A DNA stretch of 64,000 nucleotides from Salpingoeca rosetta (GCA_033442325.1 JAWQFM010000024.1:48954-112953); one strand, 5' to 3'. Shown: positions 40,809-54,600, counted from the stretch's first letter. Program-made: numbers and translations. Notes: generated by a model from the letters alone, not told the origin.

Positions 40809-42919
40809 ATGACGGAGCTGCCGTCTGTTGCGCAGGTGATGCGGGCCGTGACGCAGGAAGGGCTGTCCATTTACAATCGCCTGCGAAGCATTGATGCCGA
40901 CGTGGAATTTGTGGACCGCATCGCGGGCCTCTACGTACGCTGTCGTGTGGTTTGTGCGTGTTTGTGTGTGTTTGTATGTGGTTTGTGTGTGTGTGTGGTT
41001 TGTGTGTTCGTGTGTGTGTGTGTGCATGTGTGTATGTGTGTGTGTGTGTGTTGTGTGCGCGTGTGTGCATGTGTGTGTGCATGTGTGTATGTGTGTGTGT
41101 TGTGTGCGCGTGTGTGCATGTGTGTATGTGTGTGTGTGTGTTGTGTGCGCGTGTATGTTTGCGTGCCCCCCCCCTCTCTCTCGCTTGCTCGCTTGCTCGC
41201 TCTCTCTCTCTCTCCGTCCGTCTCTCTCTCTCTCTCTCCGTCCGTCTCTCTCTCTCTCTGTGTGCTTGCAATGGTGGCGTGGCGCTTTGTGCTTCTCAAC
41301 AAGATTCGCTCTCAGTACACCCGATGCACTGGTTCTGACGACGCTGTGTTGCTGTTGATCTGCCCGTGTTGTCTTGCAGAGTGACTTACCGATTGTCGCC
41401 AACCTGAGATGTGGTGGCTGGTACTTTCCCGAATTTGACGGTGAAGTCCACTTCAAGAGCGCCGATGGCCATCGCGGTCAATGGCAGGTGTCCCTCAAGC
41501 GCTTGAATCTCCACCTCCTACCCCTCCTTGCTGAGAAAGGTGAAGAGTGGATGAGGGCGCGGGCATGAGTGAGTGTGTGTGTGTGAGTGAGTGAGTGAGT
41601 GAGTGAGTGAGTGAGTGTGCTGTGGGTCAATGTATGCATGAGTGAGTGTGCGTCGTGTGTGTCTATGTGTGCGTGACTGTCTATCTGTTTGTGTCTCTGC
41701 TTGTTTGCGTTTGTCGAATCGGTATGACCTGGGTGTCAGTGAGTTTTATGATGCGTATCCTGGCGCCTGCGTTGACGCTGGAATGTGGCACTCACAACCT
41801 GTCCCATACCACCACCACCACCACCACCACCACCACCACCACTGCATCTCCTCTAGGCGGGTGTGTGCTGGTCGATTCGACTCGGAAGGCGCGCACGTTA
41901 CCTGACAGTTTCAGCCGCACGGTGCCCATGTGGTGTGCTGTCATGAACCGCCTGCACGACATCCTCTACGGTGATTGTCGCGGCGATGCGGATGATAGCG
42001 TGGATCACGGCAAGGTGGGTGCGCCGGATTGGGATACACAACTGCACTGTCCGCCGACCACAGTGCCCCAACAGGAACTGTGTCAAATGCAGGACCTCCT
42101 CGACGCACGCGTACGTCGGCTCATGTGTGCGTATGTGTGTGTGTGTCTGTGTGTGTGTGCGTGTATGTGTCTGTGTGTGTACATGTATGCGTGTCTGTGT
42201 GTGTGTATCAAGATGTAGCGTGCGTGAATGGGTGTGTGAAGACACGATGTACGTTTGTGTGTGTGTGTGTGTGTGCGAGTGGTGCACGATGTACATGTGC
42301 ACTGCTGGTATGGAAGCGTTTCACTGCTTCCGTTGGCATGCCACTCGCGCACTCTTCACCACCGCTGCCACCACTAACGTTGCATGACATGTGCAGGTGC
42401 ATGCGGTGCTGGAGAGCGGGGTGGACCTGTCTCTGCTCAAAAACCTGAGGAAACCGCTCCGAGCGACGTGGGTCACGACAGAGACAGCCAGGGCGCACGA
42501 AGCAGCCAGTCGCAGCGATGGTGACACCAGCACGCTGGAACTCGAACATGTGGACCGCACAAAGTACACCGCGATTGTGTGCTTGTGCGCATCAGAACCG
42601 GTTGACATTGAACAGCGGCGCGGGTACGTGTATGTGCAGGGTGCCGCCGACGACGAGGAGACATGGAGCATGGGGCTGACACCTCGCCTCTTCTGGCAGC
42701 ACAAGACAGACCTGCTTGATGGCGATTCAGACACGTGCGGTGACCGCGTGCGGGCGCTGGTGTCGCAGCAGATGTGCTCGGGGGTTGAGGCAATGACGCC
42801 CGACGTGCTGGCAGACCGCGACCTCATCCTCGCACACGCAACAACACATCAGATTGGTGTGTGTGTGTGTATGTGTGTGTCTGTGTGTGTGTGTCTGTGC
42901 CTGCGTAGGTTTGTACATG

Positions 42920-42982
<63 letters not shown>

Positions 42983-43379
42983 CTGTCTGTCTGTCTGTGT
43001 TTGCTGGTTTCCACCACCGCTCCTCCTCTCCGCATCTTCTCCCGCCACCTGTTTTCGTCATCGTCGTCGTTGTTGTTGTTGTTGTTGCTGTTGTTGTTGC
43101 AGGCACCACGAACCTGTTCATTGGCAATCGGTTTGCTGCCGCCCATCCCTGGTGCCTCGAGATATTTGATGCTGTCGTCGTCTGCTTGCTTCCATCCGAG
43201 CTGCCACACCAGCCCCAGCACCGCTCCATCCTGCCTGTTCGCATGCCTGCAGGCAAAAGGCACAAGAAGGAGCTGGAGGACCACTTGGAGCAAGTGCTGC
43301 TCTTCGTGCGGCACCACCTTGCACAGGACCACCGCATCCTCGTTGCCAGCGGCGACAGCAACGACCGGTACACGAAGGA

Positions 43380-43421
<42 letters not shown>

Positions 43422-43533
43422 TGTGTGTGTGTCTGTGTGTGTGTGTGTCTGCCTGTGTATCTGTCTGTGTGGCTGTGTGTATGTCTGTGTGTGCGCATGT
43501 GTGTGCGCATGTGTGTGAGTGTGTGTGTATGAA

Positions 43534-43564
<31 letters not shown>

Positions 43565-44352
43565 CTGCGTGTGTGTGTCTGCGTGTGTGTGTGTGTCTGT
43601 GTGTGACTGTGTCTGCCTGGGTGCATCCGTCTGTGTGTATCCGTCTGTGTGCATCTGTTAGAGCCTGTCTGGGTGCATGTGGGCACCTGCATCTGTTTGA
43701 GTGTGTGCATGCGTGTCCAAGCCAGCTTGCTTACTATGTCTTTGGCTTACTTGTGGTGTGTATCATGTGGCTCACCCATCCCATGCACCCCTCCGCCTTC
43801 TCTTTCTCTTTCTCTTTCTCTGCCCTTTTTTCGTTCGCAGAGCGCCCACAGTTGCCACGGCCGTGCTGGCTGCGTTCTTCACACCGGATCTCAGTGTCAA
43901 CTGGATTGGCGGTGCACCACCAGACATTCACCAACCGCAGCTCACAAAGCAGGACTTTACCCGCGCCCTCCACTGGTACGAGGCACTGGTGGTGCTCGTG
44001 TGTATGTGTATCAAATCACGCGTTTTGCACACAGATCGAGACTGAGCATGGTTCGCTTGCACACATACACACACATACATGCACCCACTGTCACACATGC
44101 ACACACACGTAAACATGCACACACACACGCATACACACACACGCACGCACACACACGCACACACTCTGCAGCATTCGGCAGCGCGTGCCGTCCGCGTGTC
44201 CCTCGCGACACAACATGCGCAAGTTGACGTCGTTCTTCCTGAGCCATCCCCGCCCTGCATCGCATATCTGGGCCGGACCAACAACACGACAAACGAGCAG
44301 CGACCAACACGACGGTAACGACAGCAACGGTGATGGCAACGAGGCAGCATGA
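40809..44352 (+). CDS. RIT1: Initiator tRNA A64 2'-O-ribosylphosphate transferase, multi-exon
   Basis: [93 protein letters not shown]-terminal [11 protein letters not shown]. Confidence 0.93.
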
Positions 44353-44531
44353 GCATGACCTGTGGACGATATGATGTATCGTCGTTTTCAGCTCAACTCT
44401 GCCCACAAACATGTTCAGTGCTGTTGACGTTTACTTATCATCGTGTATTAAAACCCCTTACAACCTCGCTCGCCAACCAGCCAATGACAACACGCTCCCT
44501 CTCATGCACATTCACACAGTACAAAGACAAA

Positions 44532-44577
<46 letters not shown>

Positions 44578-45191
44578 TGAACACGCATAACCGCGCGCGC
44601 ATTTGGCATGCACAGACGACACTGTCGTTGCTGTGTTGCATCAATCATCCAAAACGGTGCCGCCTTGGAGAGAGCAAACAACCGCATACACAGAAATACG
44701 CGCAACGAAGAGCGGGAAGGCTGGAGCGAAGCAAGCAACACTCGATAGTCAAGAGAAAAGGGAAAGCGCGGGGAGCTTGATTAGGGGCAAGTCAGAGCAA
44801 GCACAGTCATGACGACTGCAAATAACAGCAACTGCAAATAACAGCAACAACGTGTAACGGATTGTCACAGAATGCATGGTAACCAATGAGCTAGGGCAGC
44901 GCATAAGAACCAGTCAGGCATGCAGCGTCACAGCAAACGCAGTTGTAATGCAATGGAAAGGAATGCAACGCCTCAGGTAACCGGGGAAAATGAGCGGTGA
45001 TGCAATAACAAGACGGTGTACTTGGGCGTGTGTAGCAGCAATTAGGGAACCACACGCAGTGTAAGTGCTGTCAGCACGCTCGAGTCACCCAATCAACGGA
45101 CTGCACCGATATGCACCACTTCAAAGTGGCTCGCGTTGTCCACTGCACACGGGTGCATCTGACAACAGCGGCCACCTGCTCTCGGCACGCC

Positions 45192-48147
45192 TCAGATGTA
45201 GCTGGTGCTGTTGCTGCGGCTGCTCTTGCGTGAGGCAGGTGGTGAAGGCGAGGACGAGTTGGAGGGCGATGGAGACGACGGGGAGTAGCCACCAAACCGC
45301 ATGAACGGCACACGCGTGACCGTCACTTTGTAGTTGTGGCCGTCGTTGTTGTCCCAGAACTCCTTTCCATCAGTCAGATAGCGAATGGCGAATTCAATGC
45401 AACCGCTGCCTGGCGCCGTTGGGAACGACAGGTTTGCCTGCAGGCAAAGGAAGCCAAGAAAGAAAGAGCACAAGGCAAGCGTATGTGCGATGCGGGTTGG
45501 GGGGGGGGCAAGTGAGTTGGAGCTAAGTGGAGCACACATAGCACAAACAGTTTTCGCACAGTCACATAGACACAGCTTTCGCACAAGCAGTTTTCACACA
45601 GTCACACAGACACACACACACGTGGACATACACACGCAAACACAGAGCATTCGCACAAGCAGTCTTCACACAGTCACACAGACACACACACACACGTGTA
45701 CATACACACGCAAACACAGAGCATTCGCACAAGCAGTCGTCACACATGTACACAGCATTCACGCACAGCGCACACACACACACACAAATACGCACGTAGA
45801 ATCGATCGGAGGATGGGTCCGACGAGCCGGGGAGGTAGTCGGCGTGCACATCGTGGTGTGAGCGCCAGCCATCCGTGGTGTAGCGGATAATGACGCTCTT
45901 CTCAAACGCGAGATTGAGCACGCGAACGATGAAGAAGAGGTACGGCGTGTGTGTCGTCAGGTCCTCAAGCTGCACGTACTTGCGTGAAAGTGCATGCAAC
46001 ATGGCCACGCGCGTGTGGGGAAGGGCGCCCACGTCAGCAAACGAGAATGTTGTCTTGGAAGGGCGGTACGTGTCGTTACCGCCACCTCCACCTCCACCTC
46101 CACCAGGCTGCTGCTGCTGCTGGCGCTGCATCCACGACGCTGGCAGCGCGGGCTGGCGCGTGCGCGCTGGTGCGCGCACATTGGACAATGATGTTGTTGT
46201 TTGCGAGGAGGATGCTGCACGTGGCCTTGCGGAGGTGACGGGAGACGACGGTGGCGATGCAAGCATCTGCGCCTCCAAGCGCTGCGCGGCGGTATTGGAG
46301 CTGATGTTCGCACGGACGCGGTTGGTGCGCGGCGTCTTCTTCAAGCAGCTGCGCAGCGTGCCCTCTGGGGTCAGTGACGATGCAGGTGGAGGCGGCCGAG
46401 ATGGTGACAGCGACAGGGCAGGGTCCAGGTCAAAGTCATCCGTCAAGTCGAGATCCACGTCGTCGTCGTCATCGGCATCGTCACCACAATCGCCATTACA
46501 GCCGTCTTCACCGTCATCCTCCTCGTCCTCCTCGTCAGAGTCATCATCGTCGCTGCTCTCCATGGGGTTGGGAATGAGCCCGTTGCTGCTGCACGCGTTG
46601 GGTGGCTCTTCCTTCCAGAAGTACATGGACGAGCACAGCTTGCGGCCAGTGCTGTCGCGCCACTTGAGCCGGCTCGCCCGGCGGTCGCGGCGGGGCGTCA
46701 CCTGCCACATCTGGTCGGCGAGATGCGGGGGCTGGATCAGCTCCGTGCTGTACCGCTTCACCTCGCGGCGGGCGAGGTGATCTGGCGGGAGCGTCCCAAT
46801 GGCCTCCGCCACATGCTTTGACAGCGCCAGCGGCGACGTGGGGGAGCGCGAGGTGCTGGCCTGCGCCGCCTTGCTGACAGCACTTGTCGCACCACTGGTT
46901 GCACTGACAGCGCTCTTTGCTGTTGACGTGTTGTGGCCGTCATCATTCGGTGCAGCAGCACGTGCAGCGGCATTCCCGCCCTCCGTTGCGTTGGCGTGGT
47001 GGAGAGCATCGTCTTCCTCTTCCGTGTGCACAGGGGTCGAGGGAGGTGAGGCTGGGGACGGCGGGACGGGTGGGGATGCGAGTGAGGGCGACCCGATTCC
47101 CCCGTCCGCCTTTGCATCCACACGCGTGCGGTCGAGTGCGCGGAGTGCGGCCATGGCTGTTGCTACATCCCATTGCGTCCCCCGCTTTGCCAGCGACTCG
47201 GGCGACGTTGACGCTGTCGATGGTGGGGATGATGAGGACGATGATGAGGACGAAGGGGAGGGGGAGAAGGAAGGGGCAGACACAGGCGAGGACGTTGCCG
47301 AGGCGCTCTTCGTTATGGCTTTCGCAGCAACAGGCCTTGGCGAAGATAGGGTCGTCCCAGTACGGCCCGACTTGACTGCTGCGTGTGCAAAAAAGTCGTG
47401 CAGCTGTGGAGCAGAGTAGGCGCGCTTCAGGCAGGGCGCCTTTGCTTTGCGCCTCAACAGCTGCTCTGGCGACAGGCCGTGCTGCTGGAGGTACTGCTGC
47501 TGCTGCGAGAGCTGGCGCTGACGAGGATGGTCTGGGGGCGGCGAGGACGCTGACGCTGGCGTCACCTTCTGCCAGGTCATGGCAGGGAAGACAAACACGG
47601 GATGATGTGGCGACGGCGACAGGGAGGAGAGGGACCACGCCTTGCGCAGGTCAGGGCCGTGGTGCTGGTGTTGCTTTTGCTGTGTGTAGTCCGCCCAGAT
47701 CCCACGTGATGCCGCTGTTGGTGTTGTTGCTGGGGGCGGGGTGCCGTGCCGTTTGGTGTGCTTGGTGTGCGTGGTGGCAACACGGCCACCCACAAACGCA
47801 TCGTTGTGATCGCCCATGCCACCATCGAGAAAGTACACGTCAGCGTCGTGATCGTTGTCGTGCAAGTCACGGCAGCGTGCGGGCAGGCTCACCGTCCGCG
47901 TGCGCCTGCACTTGGCGTTTGATGAGAACAGGCGCTCCGCTTGACTTGTTGCTGCATATGGCCGAGTTGCAGCCGGTGGCGGTGCTGCTGCCTTTGTTGT
48001 CGTTGCTGTCGTTGTTGTTGTTGTTGTTGTGGCGTTCTTGGCCGATGCCGTGGCTGAGGCGGGCTGCGATGACGGGGTGGTCGATGTTGTGGTGCCTGCC
48101 TGAGCAGATGGGTCATTGGTTGTGTCCAACACAACGAGAGAGCTCAT
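45192..48147 (-). CDS. CBM21 domain protein, PP1 glycogen-targeting subunit-like (PPP1R3/Gac1 family); two exons
   Basis: VQLE, VRVLNLAFEKSVIIRYTTDGW, SDRFY|, IEFAIRY..EFWDNNDGHNY; long low-complexity N-terminus; intron ~45797-45440. Confidence 0.9.
45578..45745. repeat. Intronic ~72-74 bp tandem duplication
   Basis: TTCGCACAAGCAGT anchor occurs three times with near-identical intervening sequence. Confidence 0.75.
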
Positions 48148-48653
48148 GCTGGTGATAAAAGTCGACTACAGCGGAAAGCGGGAGGAGGAGGAGCGGCAGC
48201 AACGAAGGTGTCGTCGATGACGATCAAGTGTGGTTGTTGATCCTTGGTGATGAGACGAGGGGTGAAAGGTGCTTGGAAGTGCTGCCGCTTCGACGGGGTG
48301 ATGAAGTGATGAAGCGATGAAGCGATGAAAGTGATCTCGTGCGTGTGTGACAATGGAGGTGGGCTGGGGGCGACGGAGTGGGCGTGAAGCAGGTTGCGTG
48401 GTGCCGGTGGCTCTTGTTGATGCTGGTGGTTGGTAAACAGAAACAGAGACAGAGGCAGAGCAATCACGGCGGGAAAGCCAAACATATGAGGGTGCTGCTG
48501 GTGGTGGTGGTGGTGGTGGTGGTGGTGTGACCGACCGTGTTGCCACTGATGAAACAAGATGACGCAAAAGAAACTGCGTGTGTGCGTGTGTGTGTGTGTG
48601 TGTGTGCGTGTGTGTGTGTGCGTGCGTGTGTGTGTGTGTGTGTGCGTGCGTGC

Positions 48654-48688
<35 letters not shown>

Positions 48689-49603
48689 CGTGGAGGAGGC
48701 TACGATGCGGCCAGGATCAGCAGCGCCAGCGGCGCACAGGAGTAATCGCTGCTTACCAACTCAGGGTGGTGGTGGTGATGGAGTGATGGAGGAGGACAAC
48801 GCCAAGAGATGGTTGCCTGCAAGCACGGGGGCGCAGTCCTGTAAACGTTGATCAGCCTTTGCCGAGTGCTCGATCACAGCACGTAAGAAAGACGAGGCGA
48901 GGAGACGGGACGCAAGATCTGTTTGGCCTTCGCTGCCTACGCCTAACTCTGTGTGTTGTCAACGTGATCCGAGAGCGTGTGTTGATCGATGGTGATGTTT
49001 GCTGATGACGATGAAGTTGATGGGGATGATGAGTGATGATGATGATGGTGGGTGATGATGATGGTGTTTCGCGTGGACGCCTGGACGCGCTCCGTTTAGG
49101 GAGAGAAGACAAGAAGACAGCCAGTGTGTTCTTCTTGTTGGGTGTGCTGTAGGCCTGTTTGTGCGTGCTCCCCTTGGTGGTCGCTTGCTCTCCCAGCCCA
49201 GCAGAGCGGAAAGGGAGGAGGAGGAGAAAAAAAGTGACACACGAAGGCAAATCAGCAACGCGTTCACAAGCGAAGCAACAACGCAGGTTTGTGCCTGCAG
49301 AACGCGCAACACGCCAACAACAAGGAAGCGGGTTTGTCTTTCTTTTCAGGCGTGCTTGCTTGCTTGCTTGCTTGTGGGTGGAAGGGAAGGAGGACAGCCA
49401 GGATTTTTTATCTGGGCGGAGGTTCCTCGAGCAAGCGCAACCGTCGGCAATTTGCGATAATCACTGGACAACATTCATGAAAACCATCCCTAATAAACGC
49501 AACCAATACTGGCACCATCTTATGGTGTATGTTACAGTTGGTGGCGATGACGACGATAACGAATGTTTGCGCGCATCATCGCATATTTTCTACAACGGCA
49601 ACG

Positions 49604-51262
49604 ATGATGAGGGCAGGAAGCGCGGTGTTGTTTGTGGTGGTGCTGGCCCTGGCTGTGGTCGCGGCTGGGAAAGTTCTTGCGACGACGACGACGAAGAGGA
49701 CTGGTGGCGCAGGTCCTGGTGCAGGTGGTGTTGGAGGTGGTGTCGGCAGTGACAACAACAACGAGACACGTGGAGTAGGGACACCTGTGTCATCGGGGTC
49801 ATCCTGGTCTCCAGCCCAATGTCGTGAAGCAGGCTTCTTGGAAGGCCTCATCTGCTCGGATTGCGAGGTGTGTGAGTGTTTGTGTGTGTGTGTGAGTGTG
49901 TTTGTGTGTGAGTGTGTGTGTGTGTGTGAGTGTGCGTTGTGTGTGTGAGTGTGTGTGTTTGTGCGTGTGTGTTGATAAGTGTTTGTGTGTGTGTGTGAAT
50001 GTGTAGCTTTGCAGCCCCACTTTAGCGCGCAGTTGGGCACCACAACCACGATACACCCGTGCACGTGTTCATGCTCGCTCAACAACTACACACGCTGCTC
50101 TGTCGCGTTTCTCTTTCATGGTGTGTTATTGCTCCCCCCCCCTCACACACCCACATGCCCACGTTAGCTTTCGGCGGAGCATCTGGACATTCCTGGCTTC
50201 AAGGACACGTGCCTGCGCTGCTGTGAAGCGGTGGAAGGCGTCGACGCTGCCACGGTGCGTGACTGGGAAAGGGTTGTGGTTCGCATGGGTCTTGTCATCG
50301 CAAACGCAGCCACCTCATGCGTCGCAGCCACCTCATGCGTCGCAGCCACCTCATGCGTCGCAGCCACCTCATGCGTCGCAGCCACCTCATGCGTCGCAGC
50401 CACCTCATGAGCTCACTCATCCTTTCACACATACACGCACACACACACACACGCACACACGCACCCACACACACACACACAGGTGAAGTATCCAAAGGCA
50501 GTGCTGGAAATGTGCAACTGCAAGCTTCGCGCCTTTCCTCAGATTGAACGTGAGGCAGCAGTTGTGACAGGGGATTTTCATGTAACAAAGCCTCGCTGCT
50601 TCACACCTGCCTGCTTCCCCGCGTCAAGCACACACACACACATGTGCACATACACACGTACACACATACACACATACACACATCCACACACACACACGTA
50701 CACACGTGTTAATCACACATACACGCTCACACAAATGCTCGCGCACACACGCGCACACATATGCTCACACACACACACACACAGCCTTTGTCACTGGCCG
50801 CATGAAGAACGCATTCAAGAACATGAAACACAAGGTACGCCTGTAAACAAGGGTTGGAAACTCGTTGTGACTGCTGTGTCGTGCACGCCCACCCATCCTG
50901 TGCGTGCCCTCACCTCTGCATGTTCAACTTGACTCAAACGCATGTCAAAAACAGCACATCAACGGCGCCCCGCCACGCCTGAAACTTATGGACAAGAAGG
51001 GAAAAGTCGTGGAAGTCCTCAAGTGAGTACGTGTGTCTGCGTGCCTGTGTCTGTTGTGTGTGTGTGTCTGCGTGTCTGCGTGTCTACGTGTCTGTGTCTT
51101 TGCCTGCATCGGCCCTTCATCTTTTCGAACTCTGTGTTTGTTTGGTCCCTTGCTTTGATCCACTATACTCACTGCACCTGCTCTTTGTTGGGTCACGTCA
51201 GCATCGAGAAATGGGACACGGACACGGTGACTGCATTCCTGGAAGAGAGGCTTGAAGCCTAG
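49604..51262 (+). CDS. SELENOF: Selenoprotein F / Sep15 homolog, Cys-containing; six exons
   Basis: Signal peptide, CREAGF..LICSDCE, CLRCC, YPKAVLEMCNCKLRAFPQIE, FV, GAPPRLKLMD..G.VVEVL|NIEKWDTDTVTAFLEERL*. Confidence 0.93.
50305..50409. repeat. 18-bp perfect tandem repeat (CGCAGCCACCTCATGCGT), 5 full copies + 1 partial, intronic
   Basis: Directly visible; no spacers. Confidence 0.95.
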
Positions 51263-51525
51263 GCAAACAAGAAACGGGTGGCAGGTGGCCGGTGGCCGGG
51301 GGGTTTCCGGTCCACATGACCATGGCCACAATCAACCAACCCACACCACCATGATCTGTGCATCACCACTCTGACATTGCATATGCTACCAACAACATGC
51401 CCTCGGTTGTTACGCCATTGCTTAGCCCGTATTAAACAACCCCTTTTACTGCTAAAGCCAAATGCACATGGCACAAAGACTCCACACGCAGACGCGCAAA
51501 CACACACAAAGAGTACAAATACAGT

Positions 51526-51616
<91 letters not shown>

Positions 51617-51620
51617 CACG

Positions 51621-54600
51621 TCAGTCAGCGAGGAGGCGGTTGAGCTTGGCGTCGAGCTGTGCGAGTGCGGCCCTCACGTCCTTCATGCTGCGCTGCGTGT
51701 CCCCCACGTGCTTATCCACAATCTTCGCCAGCTCCTCAACCCGCGCCCCCATGCGCTCCTCGGCCTGCCCTACGCGGCCCTTGATGTCCCGCAGCATGCC
51801 CTGCCACACCGCCTGGTCCTCCGCCAGCTGCGACGCGTGCTCCGGTATCAGCACTGCCCCGCGCTCCGGCCACGCGCCAACACGCAGCGGCTGCGTAATC
51901 AGCAGCAGCTTGGCCACATCCCGCGTGCCCTTGCACTCCACAACCTGGCGCTGGCGGTGCCGGTACCGCCGCTGCTGCTGCTGGGTGCTACCATGGAGGG
52001 TTGATGTTGTCGTGGTGCTGGTCGCCATCGTTGGCAGTGGTGGGGTGCGTGGTGCCGGCGTGGCCGTGCCCACATACTCGCCAACAGCACCAGCCAGCCG
52101 CTGCTCGAACCGACCCAGGGTCAGCACGTTGACGACAACGAAGACGGCAAAGGCGACGATGCCAAACGCAGCGGCCATGACGCGTCGGAGCCAGAGGAAG
52201 AGCGAGGCCTCCTGGTCGTCCAGGATCTTGGCCTTGGCCATCGTCAGCTCCATCGCAGACCGGTCCTGGATGCGCTCATACGAGTCCGACAGGATGGCAA
52301 TCAGAAGGTTCAGCAGAATCACCAGCACCAGGAACATCACTGCAATAAACACCACCCGCAGGCTGAGGTTGTCGCTGGCAGAGGTGAAGAGCGAGTCGTC
52401 GTATCCGCCAAAGAGCAGCATTGTCGTCGTCGTGAACAGCGCCTGCGCCACGTCCGTAAACCCGCCACCGCCCGCATCGTGCAGGAACACATACAGGCTG
52501 TTGGTCGCGCCCAGCACGACAACCAGCAGCACTGCGAGGAACACGTACGTGTCGCGCAGGATCTGCAGCAGCATGAGCACCAGCGGGCCCGTGCGCTGGA
52601 AGGGGAGGAGGAAGTAGAGAAGGCCAATCCACTGCAGGACAACCGTGAACGCAAGCACCGTGCGCGCTGCCCTGCTCTCTTGCAGGTACAGCACACCAAA
52701 TGCAAGCGTCATGGAGGTTCGTGCAAGGTCTAGCCAGTTCCACAGGCTGGAGAAGTGGGTGGCGGCGCGGTGGGACAGCTGGTACGCCTCGTCCGCGCCG
52801 CTAATCGCAGCCAGCACCAGTATCGCCAACACCACGCTCTGCATTGCCACCGTGCCATCGTCAGTGCTGCCACCGCCAAGTCCACTCGCGCTGGTGCTTG
52901 TGGCAGCTGTTGTCGTCGTCATTGTTGTCGTAGTCGTACTCATAGTCTGCGAGCCGGAGCTTGAGGAGGAGGAGGAGGGGACGTCGAGAGATGCTGGCCA
53001 CTGGTGTGTTGACACGGACACAAACACGAGCAGCGCCAGCATGATCACGTGCAGCGTGGCCTCCAGCACAAACGCAAATCGACCACCGCACTGCCACCGC
53101 AGCTGCACCGCCGCCCGCAGCGGGAGGTACTGGAACAGCTCGGCGCGCCCGCTCGCCACGAGACTCGAGAACAGTGACGACGACGGTGCTGAGGACGACG
53201 ATGACGGCACGGGGGGCGGCATGGGCACAGACGTGGACGCGGGCTCGCCTGTACCACCTGCGACTGCTGCTCCTGTCTGTGGGATGGAGGAGAAGGCAGC
53301 AGTGCCGTTGGTGTTTGCTGTCGTTCCAACCGCTGGCACGAGCGGTGCACGGGAGGAGGCCAGGTCGGCACCCTGGGCGTTGCTGCTGCTGTTGCTGCTG
53401 GTGTTGCTGCTGCTGTTGGCATTGGTGTTGCTGCTGCTGCTGTTGGTGTTGGTGGTGCCATCACCCCAGGCTGCCTGTGGCGCAGAAGGGGGCGACGAAG
53501 CAAACGATGTGGTGGCAGTCGACGCGCTGTTGTCGTGCCCACCATTCGCACCACTGGTGCTGTCGCTGCTGCTTCCAACGGCGACGTGGCTCGTGTGCAC
53601 GTGGTGATAGCCAGCGGTCCCGCCGTCCATATGGGCGTTTTCGCTCAACCGCGATCCCTTCCTGCTCGCTGCCGCTTCATCGCCGACAATGAGCGACCAC
53701 CACCACCACCGCCACCGCCGCCGCGCCCCGCACAGCGCCCGCATGTCGAGGTCAAGGACCTGTGTGCGCACGAGTGTTGCGTCGCGTCGCTCGTGCGTCT
53801 CAACATACGCCTCAAACTCCGCACGCCGCAGCAGCAGGCCCGCATCAACGACAATGAAGTCGCCCGGGCGGAGGCGGGCACGCGGCACATATGTGCGGAA
53901 GGTGTTGGCGGGTGGGAGGGTCAGCACGTCGTTGGCAATCTCCACTGCCAGGCTGATGTCGGAGCCAATTGCCGCCTGGAACAGCGACGTCTGCACCTCG
54001 GGCACGCTTGCGTACGGCAGCTTTCCCGATTGGGCAAGCGCAATGGCGGCTGGAGGGTCCTCTGCGATGAGATCGAGCACGTGTGGCAGGAGGTGCGCCT
54101 GCACCGCGGGCTCCCCAACGTACGGCAGCAGCCCCTTGATGGCCAGGCGAATCGCGCGCGGCGGGTCCGATGCAATCAGCGACAGCACCCCCGGCTGCAG
54201 CACGCGCTGGATCTCCGGCACGTCCACGTGCGTGAAGACGCCCTTGGTGGCCAGGGCGAGGGCGTCCTGGGGCGCGAGCCGCACCGTCTCCAGCGCCTCA
54301 AACGGCGCCCGCCACACCCGCACCGTGTTATCGTCGCTCCCCGTGACAATGTGCTCGCTGTCACGCGTCACGGAAACACAGAACACCGTGCTCGTGTGCC
54401 CCAGCAGCGTGGCCAGGCACGTGCGTGTCTCCAAGCACCACACCTTCACTGTCGTGTCATCGCTGACGGAGACGACGTTGTTCTGGGCGTTGGGCACGAC
54501 GGCGACAGCAGTCACGGCGCTGCGATGGCCCGTCAGCGTGCCCACAAGATGTCTGGCCCCTTCCTTCGTCTGCTGCTGCTGCTGCTGTGACTTTTTGGTG

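Noticed and set aside
24170-44352. THG1 and RIT1 as a functional tRNA-modification cluster
   Set aside because: They are 14 kb apart with unrelated genes between; proximity is plausibly chance.
44780-45050. TTAGGG motifs as telomeric repeats
   Set aside because: Isolated single copies, not tandem.
50305-50409. CRISPR-like array
   Set aside because: Units are contiguous with no unique spacers, lie in a eukaryotic intron, and there are no cas genes.
51300-51370. SECIS element after SelF (ATGA..AA..TGAT)
   Set aside because: The putative helix II arms do not pair and the CDS has no in-frame TGA.
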